Assembly (NCBI GenBank): GCA_033551855.1
Contig: JAWSUI010000037.1
Coordinates: 1-36,549, forward strand
Source of the DNA: Deferrisomatales bacterium
GTDB taxonomy: Bacteria; Desulfobacterota; Deferrisomatia; Deferrisomatales; JACRMM01
Length of the DNA stretch: 36,549 nucleotides
Direction: 5' to 3'
Positions 8,190-17,794 of this stretch are shown in pieces (positions within the stretch are counted from its first letter, which is position 1; each line of letters starts with the position of its first letter). Both the position numbers and the translations under genes were made by a program. The notes beneath the pieces are model-generated. The model searched no databases, had not been told where the DNA came from, and was given only the letters and a program-made list of their open reading frames with translations.

Positions 8190-11100
8190 ATGCTCCTCAC
8201 CCCCACGCGGGTTGCCTTCATCGCGTTCGGGTACCTCCTGCTCCTGTTCGGAGTGGCGTACTGGGCCGAGCGCCGGAAGGACCGGGGGCGGAGCATCATC
8301 TCCAATCCCCTCACGTACGCCTTGTCCATCGCGGTCTACTGCACGTCGTGGACGTTCTACGGCAGCGTGGGGCGGGCCGCCGTCTCGGGGTTCGAATTTC
8401 TGGCGGTCTACCTCGGTCCCACCCTCATCGCCTTTTCCTGGTGGGCCCTCCTCCGGAAGATGGTGCGGATCGCCCGCGCCAACAACGTGACGTCCCTGTC
8501 GGACTTCCTGGCGTTCCGCTACGGGAAGAGCGGAAAGATCGGGGCTCTCGTCACCGTCATGGCCGTCCTGGGCAACGCCCCCTACGTAGGCCTGCAGCTC
8601 AAGGCGGTGTCGAGCACCTTCGAGCTCCTGACCCAGGCGTCCGACGGCGGCCTCGTCCGGGCGCTCTCCCTGCCGAGTCCCTTCTACCAGGACACCGCCT
8701 TCGTGGTGGCGATCGTCCTGGCCGTGTTCGGCGGGATGTACGGCGCCCGGAGCCTCGACCCCTCGGAGCGCCACGAGGGAATGGTCGCCGCCGTCGCGCT
8801 GGAGAGCGTGGTCAAGCTGCTGGCCCTTCTCACGGTGGGGGCGTTCGTGACCTGGTGGGTCTTCGACGGCTTCGGCGACATCTTCCGGAGGATTGCCGAG
8901 CATCCGGAGCACGCCAGTCTACTGACCTTCGGCCGGGGGGAGCCGGGTGCCTTCGCAGCCTGGTTCACGCTGATCTACCTCTCGATCGCGTCGGTCATGC
9001 TCCTCCCTCGCCAGTTCCACGTGATGGTGGTGGAGAACTGCTCGGAGGAGCACATCCGTGGGGCCATGTGGCTGTTCCCGCTCTACCTGTTCCTCATCAA
9101 CATCTTCGTGGCGCCGATCGCATTCAGCGGCCTCCTGGTCTTCGGCGACGCCACCCTGGCCGACAGTTTCGTGCTGACCTTGCCCCTGCACCAGGGCTCG
9201 CAGATCCTGGCCCTGGTGGCGTTCCTTGGGGGGCTCTCTGCGGCCACGGGCATGGTGGTGGTCGCCTCGGTGACGATCGCCACCATGGTGCTCAACAACC
9301 TGGCCATGCCGATCCTTCTGTGGATCGGCTGGCCCAGGAACTTCGCTCCCTATCTGATCCACATCAAGCGGGCGGGCATCGTGGGGGTGATCCTCCTGGG
9401 GTACGGCTACTACCGCCTCCTGGGCGAGCAGTTCATGCTGGTGAACATCGGGCTCTTGAGCTTCGCGGCGGCGGCCCAGTTCGCCCCGGCCGTGATCGGG
9501 GGGCTGTACTGGCGCAACGCCACGGCCCGGGGGGCGATGGCCGGCCTCCTGCTGGGGTTCGCTTCCTGGGTGTACCTGTTCCTGGTGCCGGCCCTCGGTC
9601 AGGCCGGCTGGCTGTCCCCGCACTTCCTGGAAGAGGGGCCTCTGGGCCTGTCCCTCCTCCGCCCCACCGCCTTTCTCGGGCTCGAGGGGCTCGACCTGTG
9701 GTCCCACGGCCTGTTCTGGTCGACCTTCTTCAACGCAGGGGCTTTCATCGCCGTGAGTCTGTTCACCCGTCCTTCGGTGACGGAGGCCGAGCAGATCCCG
9801 CGCTTCGTGGACGCCCTGGGTCGGCCCGAAGGGCGCCGGGTCGGGCTCCGGATGGCCCGAGCGCCTTCCGTGGGCGAGCTCGAGGGGTTGCTGGCGAAGT
9901 TCATCGGCCCGCACCGGGCCCAGGAGAGTTTCCAGGCATTCTTCGGGGCGAGGCCGCAACAGGCGGACGCCGTCGTTTCCGACCACACCATGCTCGAGCT
10001 CAGAGCCTTCGTGGAGCGGACCCTGGCAGGTGCCGTGGGACCGGCCGCGGCGAGCCAGGTGGTGGAGCGCTACCTGGCGCTGAAGGGGACCACGTTCGAG
10101 GAGATCTTCGATGTCTTCGGCGCGGTGTCCCTCTCCCTGGAGGAGAGCCGGGAGGAGCTTCAGCGGCGGGTGGTCGAGCTCTCGGTGCTCTTCGAGGCGT
10201 CCAAGCGGGTGGCGGCGACCCTGGACGAGGGGGAGGCGATCGGGGCGGTGCTGGACCTGATCGCCGCAGAGTTCGGCCTGGAGTGCCACGGGGTCTTCCT
10301 GATGGAGGCAGGGCGGCTGCGGCCGCGCCTCACCCGGGGTTGTCTGAAGAGCTACGACCGAGCCCTCGATGGGGAGCCCGAGCCCCACTCCTACGTGGGG
10401 CAGGCGGTCCTGGGCCGGAAGACCGTCTTCCTGTCCGACGCAGCGCTGGTGGGACGGACGGTGCCCCTCGAGGTGCGCGAGACCCCGGGCCTCCGGTGCA
10501 TCATCGCCACCCCCATCGTGCACGAGGACCAGGTGCTCGGGGTGCTGGTGGCCTCGAGTCATACCCGAAAGGGGTATTTCTCGGAGAAGTTCGTGGAGGC
10601 CTTCGAGGCTCTGGCGAGCGAGCTCTCATTGGCCATCCTCAACGCCCGCCTCTACTCGGAGGTCCGTGAGCTCAACCGCACCCTCGAGGAGAAGGTGAGG
10701 GACCGCACCCGGGAGCTCGAGAGCGCCAACCGGGACCTCCAGGAACTGGACCGGCTCAAGAGCCAGTTCCTCGCCAACATGAGCCATGAGCTGCGCACCC
10801 CGATGAACTCCATCCTGGGCTACACCCAGCTCGTCCTCGACGAGGTGGATGGCCCGGTGACCGGCGAGCAGCGCAAGAGCTTGGAGCGGGTGGAGAAGAA
10901 CGCTCAGCACCTGCTGCGCCTGATCAACGACATCCTCGACCTCTCCAAGATCGAGGCCGGCCGGATGGAGTTGGAGATTCATCCCTTCGACCTGGGACAG
11001 TTGGCCGTGGAGGTGGTGGACGATCAGCGGACCCTGGCCGAGAGCAAGGGGATTGCCTGTCGCGCCGTGCTGGAGGCGGGAAACCTGCGGGTCGCCGCGG

Positions 11101-11468
11101 ATCCCAACAAGACCCGCGAGGTGTTGAACAACCTGGTCAACAATGCTATCAAGTTCACCGACAGCGGGTCGGTCACCGTCACCGTGGGGCCGCGGCGGCG
11201 CGACCGCCGGGTCGGTGTTCGGCTCACGGTCGCCGACACCGGGATCGGGATCCCTGCCAGCGCGCAGACGGAGATCTTCGAGGCCTTCAAGCAGCTGGAC
11301 GGCACGATCACTCGGACCCACAGCGGCACCGGCTTGGGCCTGAGTATCGCCAAGCGCCTGATCGAGATGCACGGGGGTGCCATCGAGGTGGAGAGCCGCG
11401 AGGGCGAGGGGAGCCGTTTCACGGTATGGCTCCCGCGCCGGCAGCTCTCCGAGAGGAGTGGGGCGTGA
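8190..11468 (+). CDS. Sodium:solute symporter (SLC5)-STAC-GAF histidine kinase, CbrA/CrbS-like
   Basis: YALSIAVYCTSWTFYGSVG and LPRQFHVMVVEN typical of CbrA/CrbS SLC5 domains; STAC-like ERTLAGAVGPAAA; GAF; H-box FLANMSHELRTPMN; N/G1/F/G2 boxes. Confidence 0.92.
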   Translation: MLLTPTRVAFIAFGYLLLLFGVAYWAERRKDRGRSIISNPLTYALSIAVYCTSWTFYGSVGRAAVSGFEFLAVYLGPTLIAFSWWALLRKMVRIARANNVTSLSDFLAFRYGKSGKIGALVTVMAVLGNAPYVGLQLKAVSSTFELLTQASDGGLVRALSLPSPFYQDTAFVVAIVLAVFGGMYGARSLDPSERHEGMVAAVALESVVKLLALLTVGAFVTWWVFDGFGDIFRRIAEHPEHASLLTFGRGEPGAFAAWFTLIYLSIASVMLLPRQFHVMVVENCSEEHIRGAMWLFPLYLFLINIFVAPIAFSGLLVFGDATLADSFVLTLPLHQGSQILALVAFLGGLSAATGMVVVASVTIATMVLNNLAMPILLWIGWPRNFAPYLIHIKRAGIVGVILLGYGYYRLLGEQFMLVNIGLLSFAAAAQFAPAVIGGLYWRNATARGAMAGLLLGFASWVYLFLVPALGQAGWLSPHFLEEGPLGLSLLRPTAFLGLEGLDLWSHGLFWSTFFNAGAFIAVSLFTRPSVTEAEQIPRFVDALGRPEGRRVGLRMARAPSVGELEGLLAKFIGPHRAQESFQAFFGARPQQADAVVSDHTMLELRAFVERTLAGAVGPAAASQVVERYLALKGTTFEEIFDVFGAVSLSLEESREELQRRVVELSVLFEASKRVAATLDEGEAIGAVLDLIAAEFGLECHGVFLMEAGRLRPRLTRGCLKSYDRALDGEPEPHSYVGQAVLGRKTVFLSDAALVGRTVPLEVRETPGLRCIIATPIVHEDQVLGVLVASSHTRKGYFSEKFVEAFEALASELSLAILNARLYSEVRELNRTLEEKVRDRTRELESANRDLQELDRLKSQFLANMSHELRTPMNSILGYTQLVLDEVDGPVTGEQRKSLERVEKNAQHLLRLINDILDLSKIEAGRMELEIHPFDLGQLAVEVVDDQRTLAESKGIACRAVLEAGNLRVAADPNKTREVLNNLVNNAIKFTDSGSVTVTVGPRRRDRRVGVRLTVADTGIGIPASAQTEIFEAFKQLDGTITRTHSGTGLGLSIAKRLIEMHGGAIEVESREGEGSRFTVWLPRRQLSERSGA

Positions 11469-11842
11469 GCGCGACGGTGCTGGTGGTCGAGGACAACGAG
11501 GACAACCGCGCCCTGGTGGTGAAGGTCCTCACCCGGCAGGGGTACCGGGTTCTCGAGGCGTCGAGCGGCGAGGAGGCCCTCGACCTGGCCGCCCGCGAGC
11601 ACCCGGATCTCGTGCTCATGGACCTCAACCTGAGGGGCATGAGCGGCTTCGACGCCACGCGCCGCCTCAAGGAAGACCCTGAGTTGCGCGGGGTTCCGGT
11701 GGTGGCGCTCACCGCGTACGCCATGGTGGGCGACCGGGAACGGGCCCTGGCCGCCGGGTGCGACGGGTATCTCTCCAAGCCCGTGGACGTGCGCCGGCTC
11801 CCGGAGACGGTGGCCGGGTTCCTCCAGGAAGGGTCGTCGTGA
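11465..11842 (+). CDS. Single-domain response regulator (DivK-like)
   Basis: VLVVEDN, LVLMDLNL, VALTAYAMVGDRERALAAGCDGYLSKP; GTGA overlap. Confidence 0.92.
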   Translation: MSATVLVVEDNEDNRALVVKVLTRQGYRVLEASSGEEALDLAAREHPDLVLMDLNLRGMSGFDATRRLKEDPELRGVPVVALTAYAMVGDRERALAAGCDGYLSKPVDVRRLPETVAGFLQEGSS

Positions 11843-12912
11843 GCAACCCCCCGAAGATCCTCGTCGTGGACGACAACCCGGACAACGTGGAGCTCCTGTC
11901 CAAGCGCCTCGTGGCGGCGGGGTACCGCACGTGCGAGGCCAACGACGGGGAGGAGGCCCTCCTGAGGGTGGCCGAGGAGCACCCGGATCTGATCATCCTG
12001 GACGTGATGATGCCCAAGCTCGACGGCTTCGAGGTGTGCCGCCGTCTGAAGACCGAAGACGGCACCCGGGCGATCCCCGTCATCATGCTCACGGCCAAGC
12101 GGGAGGTGCCTGACAAGATCCGGGGACTCGATACCGGAGCCGACGACTACGTCACCAAGCCTTTCAACCCCCAGGAGCTCATGGCCCGGGTTCGGAGCCT
12201 GCTCCACCTGCGCACACTCCAGGACAAACGCCTCACGGAGGAGAAGCTAGGTGCCCTGGGGCAGATGGCCGAGGGGGTTGCCCACGAAGTGCGCAACCCC
12301 ATGGTGACCATCGGGGGGTTTGCCCGACGGATTCGCGACCGCCTCCCCGAGGGCGACGCCCTTCGCGAGTATGCCGAACACATCATCAAGGAGGTGGAGC
12401 GACTCGAGTCCATGGTGGAGGAGATCGTGCGCTTCAAGGCCCTGATGATCTCCCCGTACGAGCCGGTGGACCTGGCGGAGGTGCTCGAGGAGGCTCTGGC
12501 GAAACGAGAAGGTCTGGTCCAGGGGGGAAGGGTCGAGATCGTGCGCTCCTACGATCCGGACCTGCCCCCGATCCAGGGGGATCGGGGAAACCTCTTGATT
12601 GCCTTGGGAAACCTGATCCAGAACGCCCTGGAGTCGATGGAGCCCGGAGGGGTTCTCGCCGTGAGCCTCTCCCGGGATGCGGAGGCGATTCGGGCCCGGT
12701 TCCGGGATACCGGGTGCGGCATCCCCAAGGCCGAGCTCGCGAACGTCTTCGACCCCTTCTACACGTCCAAGATGACCGGTGCGGGTATGGGGCTCACGAT
12801 GGTCCACCGGATCGTGACCCGTCACGGGGGCGACGTCGACATCGCGAGTGAGCCTGGAGTGGGCACCACGGTGACCTTGCGCCTGCCCCTGCGGCAGGCA
12901 AAGCCCATCTGA
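11839..12912 (+). CDS. Receiver-histidine kinase hybrid (REC-HisKA-HATPase, NtrB-like kinase core)
   Basis: ILVVDD..LDVMMP..GADDYVTKPF; AHEVRNP H-box; NLIQNA, DTGCGI, FDPFYTSK, GAGMGL. Confidence 0.92.
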   Translation: MSNPPKILVVDDNPDNVELLSKRLVAAGYRTCEANDGEEALLRVAEEHPDLIILDVMMPKLDGFEVCRRLKTEDGTRAIPVIMLTAKREVPDKIRGLDTGADDYVTKPFNPQELMARVRSLLHLRTLQDKRLTEEKLGALGQMAEGVAHEVRNPMVTIGGFARRIRDRLPEGDALREYAEHIIKEVERLESMVEEIVRFKALMISPYEPVDLAEVLEEALAKREGLVQGGRVEIVRSYDPDLPPIQGDRGNLLIALGNLIQNALESMEPGGVLAVSLSRDAEAIRARFRDTGCGIPKAELANVFDPFYTSKMTGAGMGLTMVHRIVTRHGGDVDIASEPGVGTTVTLRLPLRQAKPI

Positions 12913-12959
12913 CGGCCGTGCCCCGGTGAGGGGCCGTGACGGGGAGAGCCGGGGTTCTT

Positions 12960-13070
12960 CATCGGCATCGGTATCGGGATTGCCGACGACCTTCGACCCG
13001 GACTCCGAACCCGCGATCGAACCCGATCCTGATGGGAAAGGGGATGGGGATGCAGATCCCCGACCCGACG
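12960..13070. repeat. Degenerate hexamer repeat tract (ATCGGN and complementary NCCGAY units)
   Basis: atcggc atcggt atcggg followed by cgaccc ggactc cgaacc..cgaacc cgatcc and gggatg gggatg. Confidence 0.55.
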
Positions 13071-13165
13071 GGGGGAGCCCCGGCGGCCAGCCCCCGTCCC
13101 CGCGAGAGGAGCGAGCCGGTGTGCACGCAAGCGGGCCGCGCGTCCGGCCCACGGTCTCAGGGGCT

Positions 13166-14092
13166 GTGACCTCCGCGGCGGGCGGGCAGACCGCGCAGCG
13201 CGCTGCGCCGGACCTTCTCGGGGTGTTCCTGGACCACCTCCTGGTGGAACGCGGTCTCTCCCGCAACACGGTCGACGCCTATGCCCGGGACGTCTCGGCC
13301 TTTCTCGCCTTCCTGGGCGGCGCCGGCCGCCCCGAGGCCGACACGGCGCGAGGCCGCGATGTGCTCTCTTGGCTCAAGGCGCAGCGGGCCCGGGGGCTCT
13401 CGGCCCGCACCACCGCCCGGCGATTATCCGCCCTCCGGGCCTTCTACAGGTTTCTGGTGCGGGAAGGGCTCGCCGGAGAGAACCCCCTGGAACGCCTGGA
13501 GTCGCCCAAGCTCTGGAAGACCCTGCCCCGCACCCTCTCCGCCGAGGAGACCCGCGCCCTCGTGGAGTCCCCTCGGTCCCAGGACCCCCAGGGATTGCGG
13601 GACCGCGCCCTCCTCGAGCTCCTGTATGCCTCCGGCTTGCGTGTTTCGGAGGCAGCCGGGCTCACCCTCGACAGGGTGGAGCTGTCCCTGGGGTTTGTGC
13701 GGCCCCTCGGGAAGGGGTCGAAGGAGCGGATCGTCCCCGTGGGCGGGCGGGCCCTGGAGGCCCTTCGCGACTACCTGGAGCAGGGCCGGCCTCTGCTGCT
13801 CAAGGGACGGCGCGACGGACACGTGTTCCTGAGCCGGTTCGGCCGCCGCCTGTCGCGCCAGTCCTTGTGGAAGCGCGTCAAGCAGGCGGCCCGCGCGGCG
13901 GGGGTCAGCAGCTCGGTGAGCCCCCACACCCTGCGCCATTCCTTCGCGACCCACCTCCTGGCGGGCGGCGCCGACCTGCGCAGCGTGCAGATGATGCTGG
14001 GGCACGCCGATCTGGCCACCACCCAGGTCTACACCCACATCACCCGCCAGCGGCTCCTCGATCTGGTGCGCAGGCACCATCCGAGGAGTTGA
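13166..14092 (+). CDS. xerD: Site-specific tyrosine recombinase XerD (start approximate)
   Basis: VERGLSRNTVDAYARD, RDRALLELLYASGLRVSE, GKGSKER, SPHTLRHSFATHLL, LGHADLATTQVYTH, C-terminal HHPR. Confidence 0.93.
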   Translation: MTSAAGGQTAQRAAPDLLGVFLDHLLVERGLSRNTVDAYARDVSAFLAFLGGAGRPEADTARGRDVLSWLKAQRARGLSARTTARRLSALRAFYRFLVREGLAGENPLERLESPKLWKTLPRTLSAEETRALVESPRSQDPQGLRDRALLELLYASGLRVSEAAGLTLDRVELSLGFVRPLGKGSKERIVPVGGRALEALRDYLEQGRPLLLKGRRDGHVFLSRFGRRLSRQSLWKRVKQAARAAGVSSSVSPHTLRHSFATHLLAGGADLRSVQMMLGHADLATTQVYTHITRQRLLDLVRRHHPRS

Positions 14093-14334
14093 GTCGCCCA
14101 CCGCTTCCCATCCCGCCCCGCGAGGCGGCACAAGAGCGCCGGACCTCGCCGGCGCCTCCCCCTTGGGGGCCCTGCGGTAGACCGCCGGGGCCTTCCCCCG
14201 GCCGCCGGTGGCTGCAGGATCCCGGGCCTGATGGGCCGCGCGGGTTGACTGCGGGGCTTGACCGTTGCAGGGCGGGGGGCTCTATGGTACTGCTCAGGAT
14301 CGAACCACCCCACGACCAAGGCGCGGAGACGTCC

Positions 14335-14784
14335 ATGACCCAGAAATCGACCCCCCCTGCAGCGGTGCGTGAGGCGATCCTCACGGAGAGTCTGGAGACT
14401 TTGGAGCGATCCCTGACCGAGTCGCCCCTGGCGCAGGAGTTGGGGATCGTGTTCACCGAGTTCGAGCCCGGGCGAGCTACGGCCCGCCTGCCGGCCAGCC
14501 CTAAACTGCCGAATTTTCTCGGATACACCCACACGGGGGCCGTCTTTGCCCTGGCGGAGCAGGTCATGGCCGCGGCGGCCAACTCCTTGGGGTATGTGGG
14601 GCTGCCGCTGAACTGCGAGATCCACTTCCTCAAGGGGGCCGACCCGGGGGAGGCCTTGGAGGCCCGCGCCCGGGTGGTGGACACCCAGGGCCGGATCGCC
14701 CGCGTCTCGGTGGACGTGCTCCAGGGCGCCACCGAGGTGGCCCGGGTGACGGAGATGGTCTTCCTGCGCACCGGCGGGGCTTGA
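14335..14784 (+). CDS. PaaI-family hotdog-fold thioesterase
   Basis: PLAQELGI, NFLGYTHTGAVFALAE motif; ATG after GGAG. Confidence 0.8.
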   Translation: MTQKSTPPAAVREAILTESLETLERSLTESPLAQELGIVFTEFEPGRATARLPASPKLPNFLGYTHTGAVFALAEQVMAAAANSLGYVGLPLNCEIHFLKGADPGEALEARARVVDTQGRIARVSVDVLQGATEVARVTEMVFLRTGGA

Positions 14785-14791
14785 AGCGCCC

Positions 14792-15967
14792 GTGACGATT
14801 CCCGAAGCGATCCGCAGGGCGGCCCGGGAACGGGCCGAGCTCGCCACCCGCCTGCGGAGGGAGCTTCACCGGATTCCGGAATTGGCCCTCCAGGAGCTCG
14901 AGACCACGCGGTTCGTGGAGGGGTTCCTCGCCGAGCGCGGGATTTCCTTCGAGCGCGCGGCCGTTGGGACCGGGGGAGTGGCGGTGTTGGGCCGGGGCGA
15001 GCCGTCGGTGTTCCTGCGCGCCGATCTGGATGCTCTGCCGGTGGCCGAGGAAACGGGTCTCCCCTTCGGGTCGGTCCACCCAGGACGGATGCACGCCTGC
15101 GGGCACGACGCCCACGCGGCCATGCTGCTGGCCGTCGCCGATGCCCTGGCTGCCGGGTCGATCCCCCTGCCGGGGCGGGTGGTGTGCGTCTTCCAGCCGG
15201 CCGAGGAGGGGCCGGGGGGATGCCGGCGCCTTCTCGAGGAGGGGCTCCTTGAGCGCTTCCCTGCCCGGTTCGCGGCGGCTCTCCACGTGTGGCCCGGACT
15301 GTCGACGGGCGCGGTGGGCCTCTCACCGGGGCCGGTGATGGCCAGCATGGACCGCCTGCGCCTCGCGTTCCACGGCCGCGGGGGGCACGGGGCCCACCCG
15401 CACGCCTGCATCGACCCCGTGGTGATGGCCGCGGAGGGGGTGCTCGCCCTGCAGACGGTGGTCAGTCGCCGGATCGACCCCCTCGAGCCCGCGCTCCTGA
15501 CCCTGGGGGCGATCCACGGCGGCACCGCTTCCAATGTCATTCCGGACCGGGTGGATCTCTTGGGGACCGTGCGGGCCTACTCCGCGGAGGTTCGAGAACT
15601 CCTGCTCGCGGGAATCCGCCAGGTGGGAGAGGGGATCGCCGCGGCCCACGGTGGCCGGTTCTCCTGCATCGTGGACGAGGGGTACCCGGTCACGCGCAAC
15701 GACCCCGAGGGCTCACGGAAACTGTCCGAGGGCCTCCGGGCCGTACTCGGCGAGGAGGCCCTCGTTCCCTCCGCCCGTACCATGGGGGCGGAGGACATGG
15801 GATTCCTGCTGGAGCGGGTGCCCGGCTGCTACCTGCAGTTGGGAGCCAGCGCCGACCCGGCCCGGGCCGAGCCCCTGCACAGCCCCCGTTTCGACCTGGA
15901 TGAGGAGTGTCTGGCCGTGGGGATCTGCGCACTCTTGACGGCGGCCTGGGTCGGTCTCAACGCCTGA
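14792..15967 (+). CDS. M20 family amidohydrolase
   Basis: LRADLDALP, MHACGHDAH, FQPAEEG, GGHGAHPH, GAEDMG, LHSPRF. Confidence 0.93.
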   Translation: MTIPEAIRRAARERAELATRLRRELHRIPELALQELETTRFVEGFLAERGISFERAAVGTGGVAVLGRGEPSVFLRADLDALPVAEETGLPFGSVHPGRMHACGHDAHAAMLLAVADALAAGSIPLPGRVVCVFQPAEEGPGGCRRLLEEGLLERFPARFAAALHVWPGLSTGAVGLSPGPVMASMDRLRLAFHGRGGHGAHPHACIDPVVMAAEGVLALQTVVSRRIDPLEPALLTLGAIHGGTASNVIPDRVDLLGTVRAYSAEVRELLLAGIRQVGEGIAAAHGGRFSCIVDEGYPVTRNDPEGSRKLSEGLRAVLGEEALVPSARTMGAEDMGFLLERVPGCYLQLGASADPARAEPLHSPRFDLDEECLAVGICALLTAAWVGLNA

Positions 15968-16604
15968 CCGCCCGCAGTACCCGCGACCCGCAGGCCACGG
16001 ACTTCGGAAGCCACGACTCCAGTAGCCGTGCCCGCTCCTCCGGGGCGAGGAGCCCCCCGTCCGGGCGCAGGTCTCGCACGCGCCGGGTGATGCTGTAAAG
16101 GCTCACGGCGGCGGCCACGGAGATGTTCAGGCTCTGGGCGAAGCCGGCCATGGGAATGGTGTAGGCGCCGTCGCACAAGGCCCGGGCGCCGGGGCTGACA
16201 CCGCGTTTCTCGTTTCCGAGCACCAGAGCCACGGGCTCCTGGACCGGCACCTCCTCCAGGGGCAGGGCGGCGGGGTCCAGCATCGCGGCGTAGAGGTGAA
16301 ACCCCAGGCTCCGGAGCTCCGCCGCGCACTCGGCGAAGCTCTCGTGTCGGTGCAGGCTGAGCCACTTGTGGGCCCCCAGCGTGATGCGGCGGCTGAAGGC
16401 GAAGTCCTCCTCGGTCTCCACGGCGTGGACGTGCTGCACGCCCAGGGCCTCGCAGGTCCGCAACACCGCACTGGTGTTGTGGGGGTGGTGCAGATTTTCC
16501 ACCACCACCCGCACGGCCCCCAGGCGGCGGTGCAGCACGCCCTCGATCTTTGCCCACCGCTCGGGGCGCACTGCCGCCCGCAGGATCCTCTTCGCCCGTT
16601 CCAT
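15957..16604 (-). CDS. trmH: SpoU/TrmH-family tRNA (Gm18) 2'-O-methyltransferase
   Basis: VVVENLHHPHNTSAVLRTCEALG, LVLGNEKRGVS, IPMAGFAQSLNISVAAA. Confidence 0.85.
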   Translation of the reverse strand: MERAKRILRAAVRPERWAKIEGVLHRRLGAVRVVVENLHHPHNTSAVLRTCEALGVQHVHAVETEEDFAFSRRITLGAHKWLSLHRHESFAECAAELRSLGFHLYAAMLDPAALPLEEVPVQEPVALVLGNEKRGVSPGARALCDGAYTIPMAGFAQSLNISVAAAVSLYSITRRVRDLRPDGGLLAPEERARLLESWLPKSVACGSRVLRAVRR

Positions 16605-16619
16605 CGCCGGAGGATAGCA
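16605..16619 (-). promoter_or_regulatory. Extended -10 (TGcTATCCT) 6 nt before the trmH ATG; candidate leaderless promoter
   Basis: Minus strand reads TGC TATCCT ccggcg ATG with no adjacent SD. Confidence 0.5.
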
Positions 16620-16713
16620 GAGCGACCCTCCCGACGGGAAGGCGTCCGCGGCCCGCCCCATGCCCGACGTGCCGGCGCCTCCCTTGATCGTGGCTCCGTA
16701 CGGGGATCGCGGT

Positions 16714-17577
16714 TCACGCCGATACGGCGCGGAACACCGCGGAGAAATCCTCGTCGTCCGCGCCCAGCGCCCGGGCTGCCTTGAAACATTCGTTGGCTGC
16801 CGCGGCCGTCGGCAGGGGCTGGGCAAGGCGATCGCCGAGCGCCAGGGCGAGGCGCAAGTCCTTCTGGGCATGCTTCAAGGGGAAGGAGGGCTCGAAATCC
16901 CCCGCCAGCATCTTCGGCCCCTTCTGGGCGAACAGGGGGTTGGCCAGGGCGCCGGCAGACAGCACGTCCAGCAGCCCGTCGCAGGAGAGCCCCGCCCTTC
17001 TTGCCAGGGCCATGGCCTCGCACAGGGCCACCATCATCTCTCCCATGACGAGGTTGACGACGAGCTTCATCGCGGCCCCGGCACCCACGTCCCCCAGGTA
17101 CAGACACTTCTGCCCCAACACCTCGAGGGCGGGGAGCACGTCGTCGTACAGGGGGCGGTCGCCGGCCGCCAGGATGACCAGGGTCCCGTCCTCGGCCGGC
17201 TTGCGGCTCCCGGAGACGGGTGCCTCGAGGAACCGCCCGCCCTTGGCGCGCACCGCGCTCGCGATGCGGCGGGAGGTTTCCGGGTCGACGGTGGAGAAGT
17301 CCACGTAGCCCTTCCCGGGGCCCATGGCCTCGAGAACGCCGTCGTCCCCGAAACACAATTGCCCGGAGGCCGAAGGGTCAGCGACCATGGCGAGGGTCAC
17401 GGGGCAGGCCCGGGCCACCTCTCCGGGGGTCCTCCCCAGGCGGGCCCCGACGCCGGCCAAGGGGCTGCACCGCTCCGGGGTCCGGTTCCAGACGATCACC
17501 TCGTACCCTGCTCTCAGGAGGTTTCGCGCCATGGCGCTGCCCATGATGCCCAGGCCCAGAAATCCGAATCGGTCCAT
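16714..17577 (-). CDS. NAD(P)-dependent beta-hydroxyacid dehydrogenase (glyoxylate/succinic semialdehyde reductase-like)
   Basis: GFLGLGIMG, WNRT, FLEAPVSGSRKPAEDGTL, MKLVVN, FPLKHAQKDLRLAL. Confidence 0.92.
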   Translation of the reverse strand: MDRFGFLGLGIMGSAMARNLLRAGYEVIVWNRTPERCSPLAGVGARLGRTPGEVARACPVTLAMVADPSASGQLCFGDDGVLEAMGPGKGYVDFSTVDPETSRRIASAVRAKGGRFLEAPVSGSRKPAEDGTLVILAAGDRPLYDDVLPALEVLGQKCLYLGDVGAGAAMKLVVNLVMGEMMVALCEAMALARRAGLSCDGLLDVLSAGALANPLFAQKGPKMLAGDFEPSFPLKHAQKDLRLALALGDRLAQPLPTAAAANECFKAARALGADDEDFSAVFRAVSA

Positions 17578-17794
17578 TGGGGGAGCCCTCCGTTCCTTCC
17601 GCAGCGGGTGCCGGGGAGACAGCGGCCCCCGGGAGCTCTGACGGCGCGGCCCCTTCGGGTCGCGCCCGGGAAACACTCTACCAGGAGCCCCTCCGGAAGG
17701 CGACTTCCGGGCACGGCCTGGTGTAGAATGCAAAATCTTGCCGCCGCGCGGCAGCCCGCCGGGAGGGCGTCGGTGCCTCTCCGGGGGAGTGCCC

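Noticed and set aside
7997..10669. Long alternative-frame or antisense ORFs (also 1793-3874, 24955-26571, 31210-33333, 33383-35431 and others)
   Set aside because: Shadow ORFs expected in high-GC DNA; R/P/G-rich or antisense-codon composition, overlapping well-supported genes.
13166..14092. Phage or ICE integrase
   Set aside because: Has XerD-specific motifs, housekeeping neighbours and no att site or tRNA.
14245..14282. Fifth copy of the dispersed element (ttgaccgttgcagggcggggggctc)
   Set aside because: Only short patchy similarity to copy B, with no core hairpin or TIR; more likely the PaaI promoter region.
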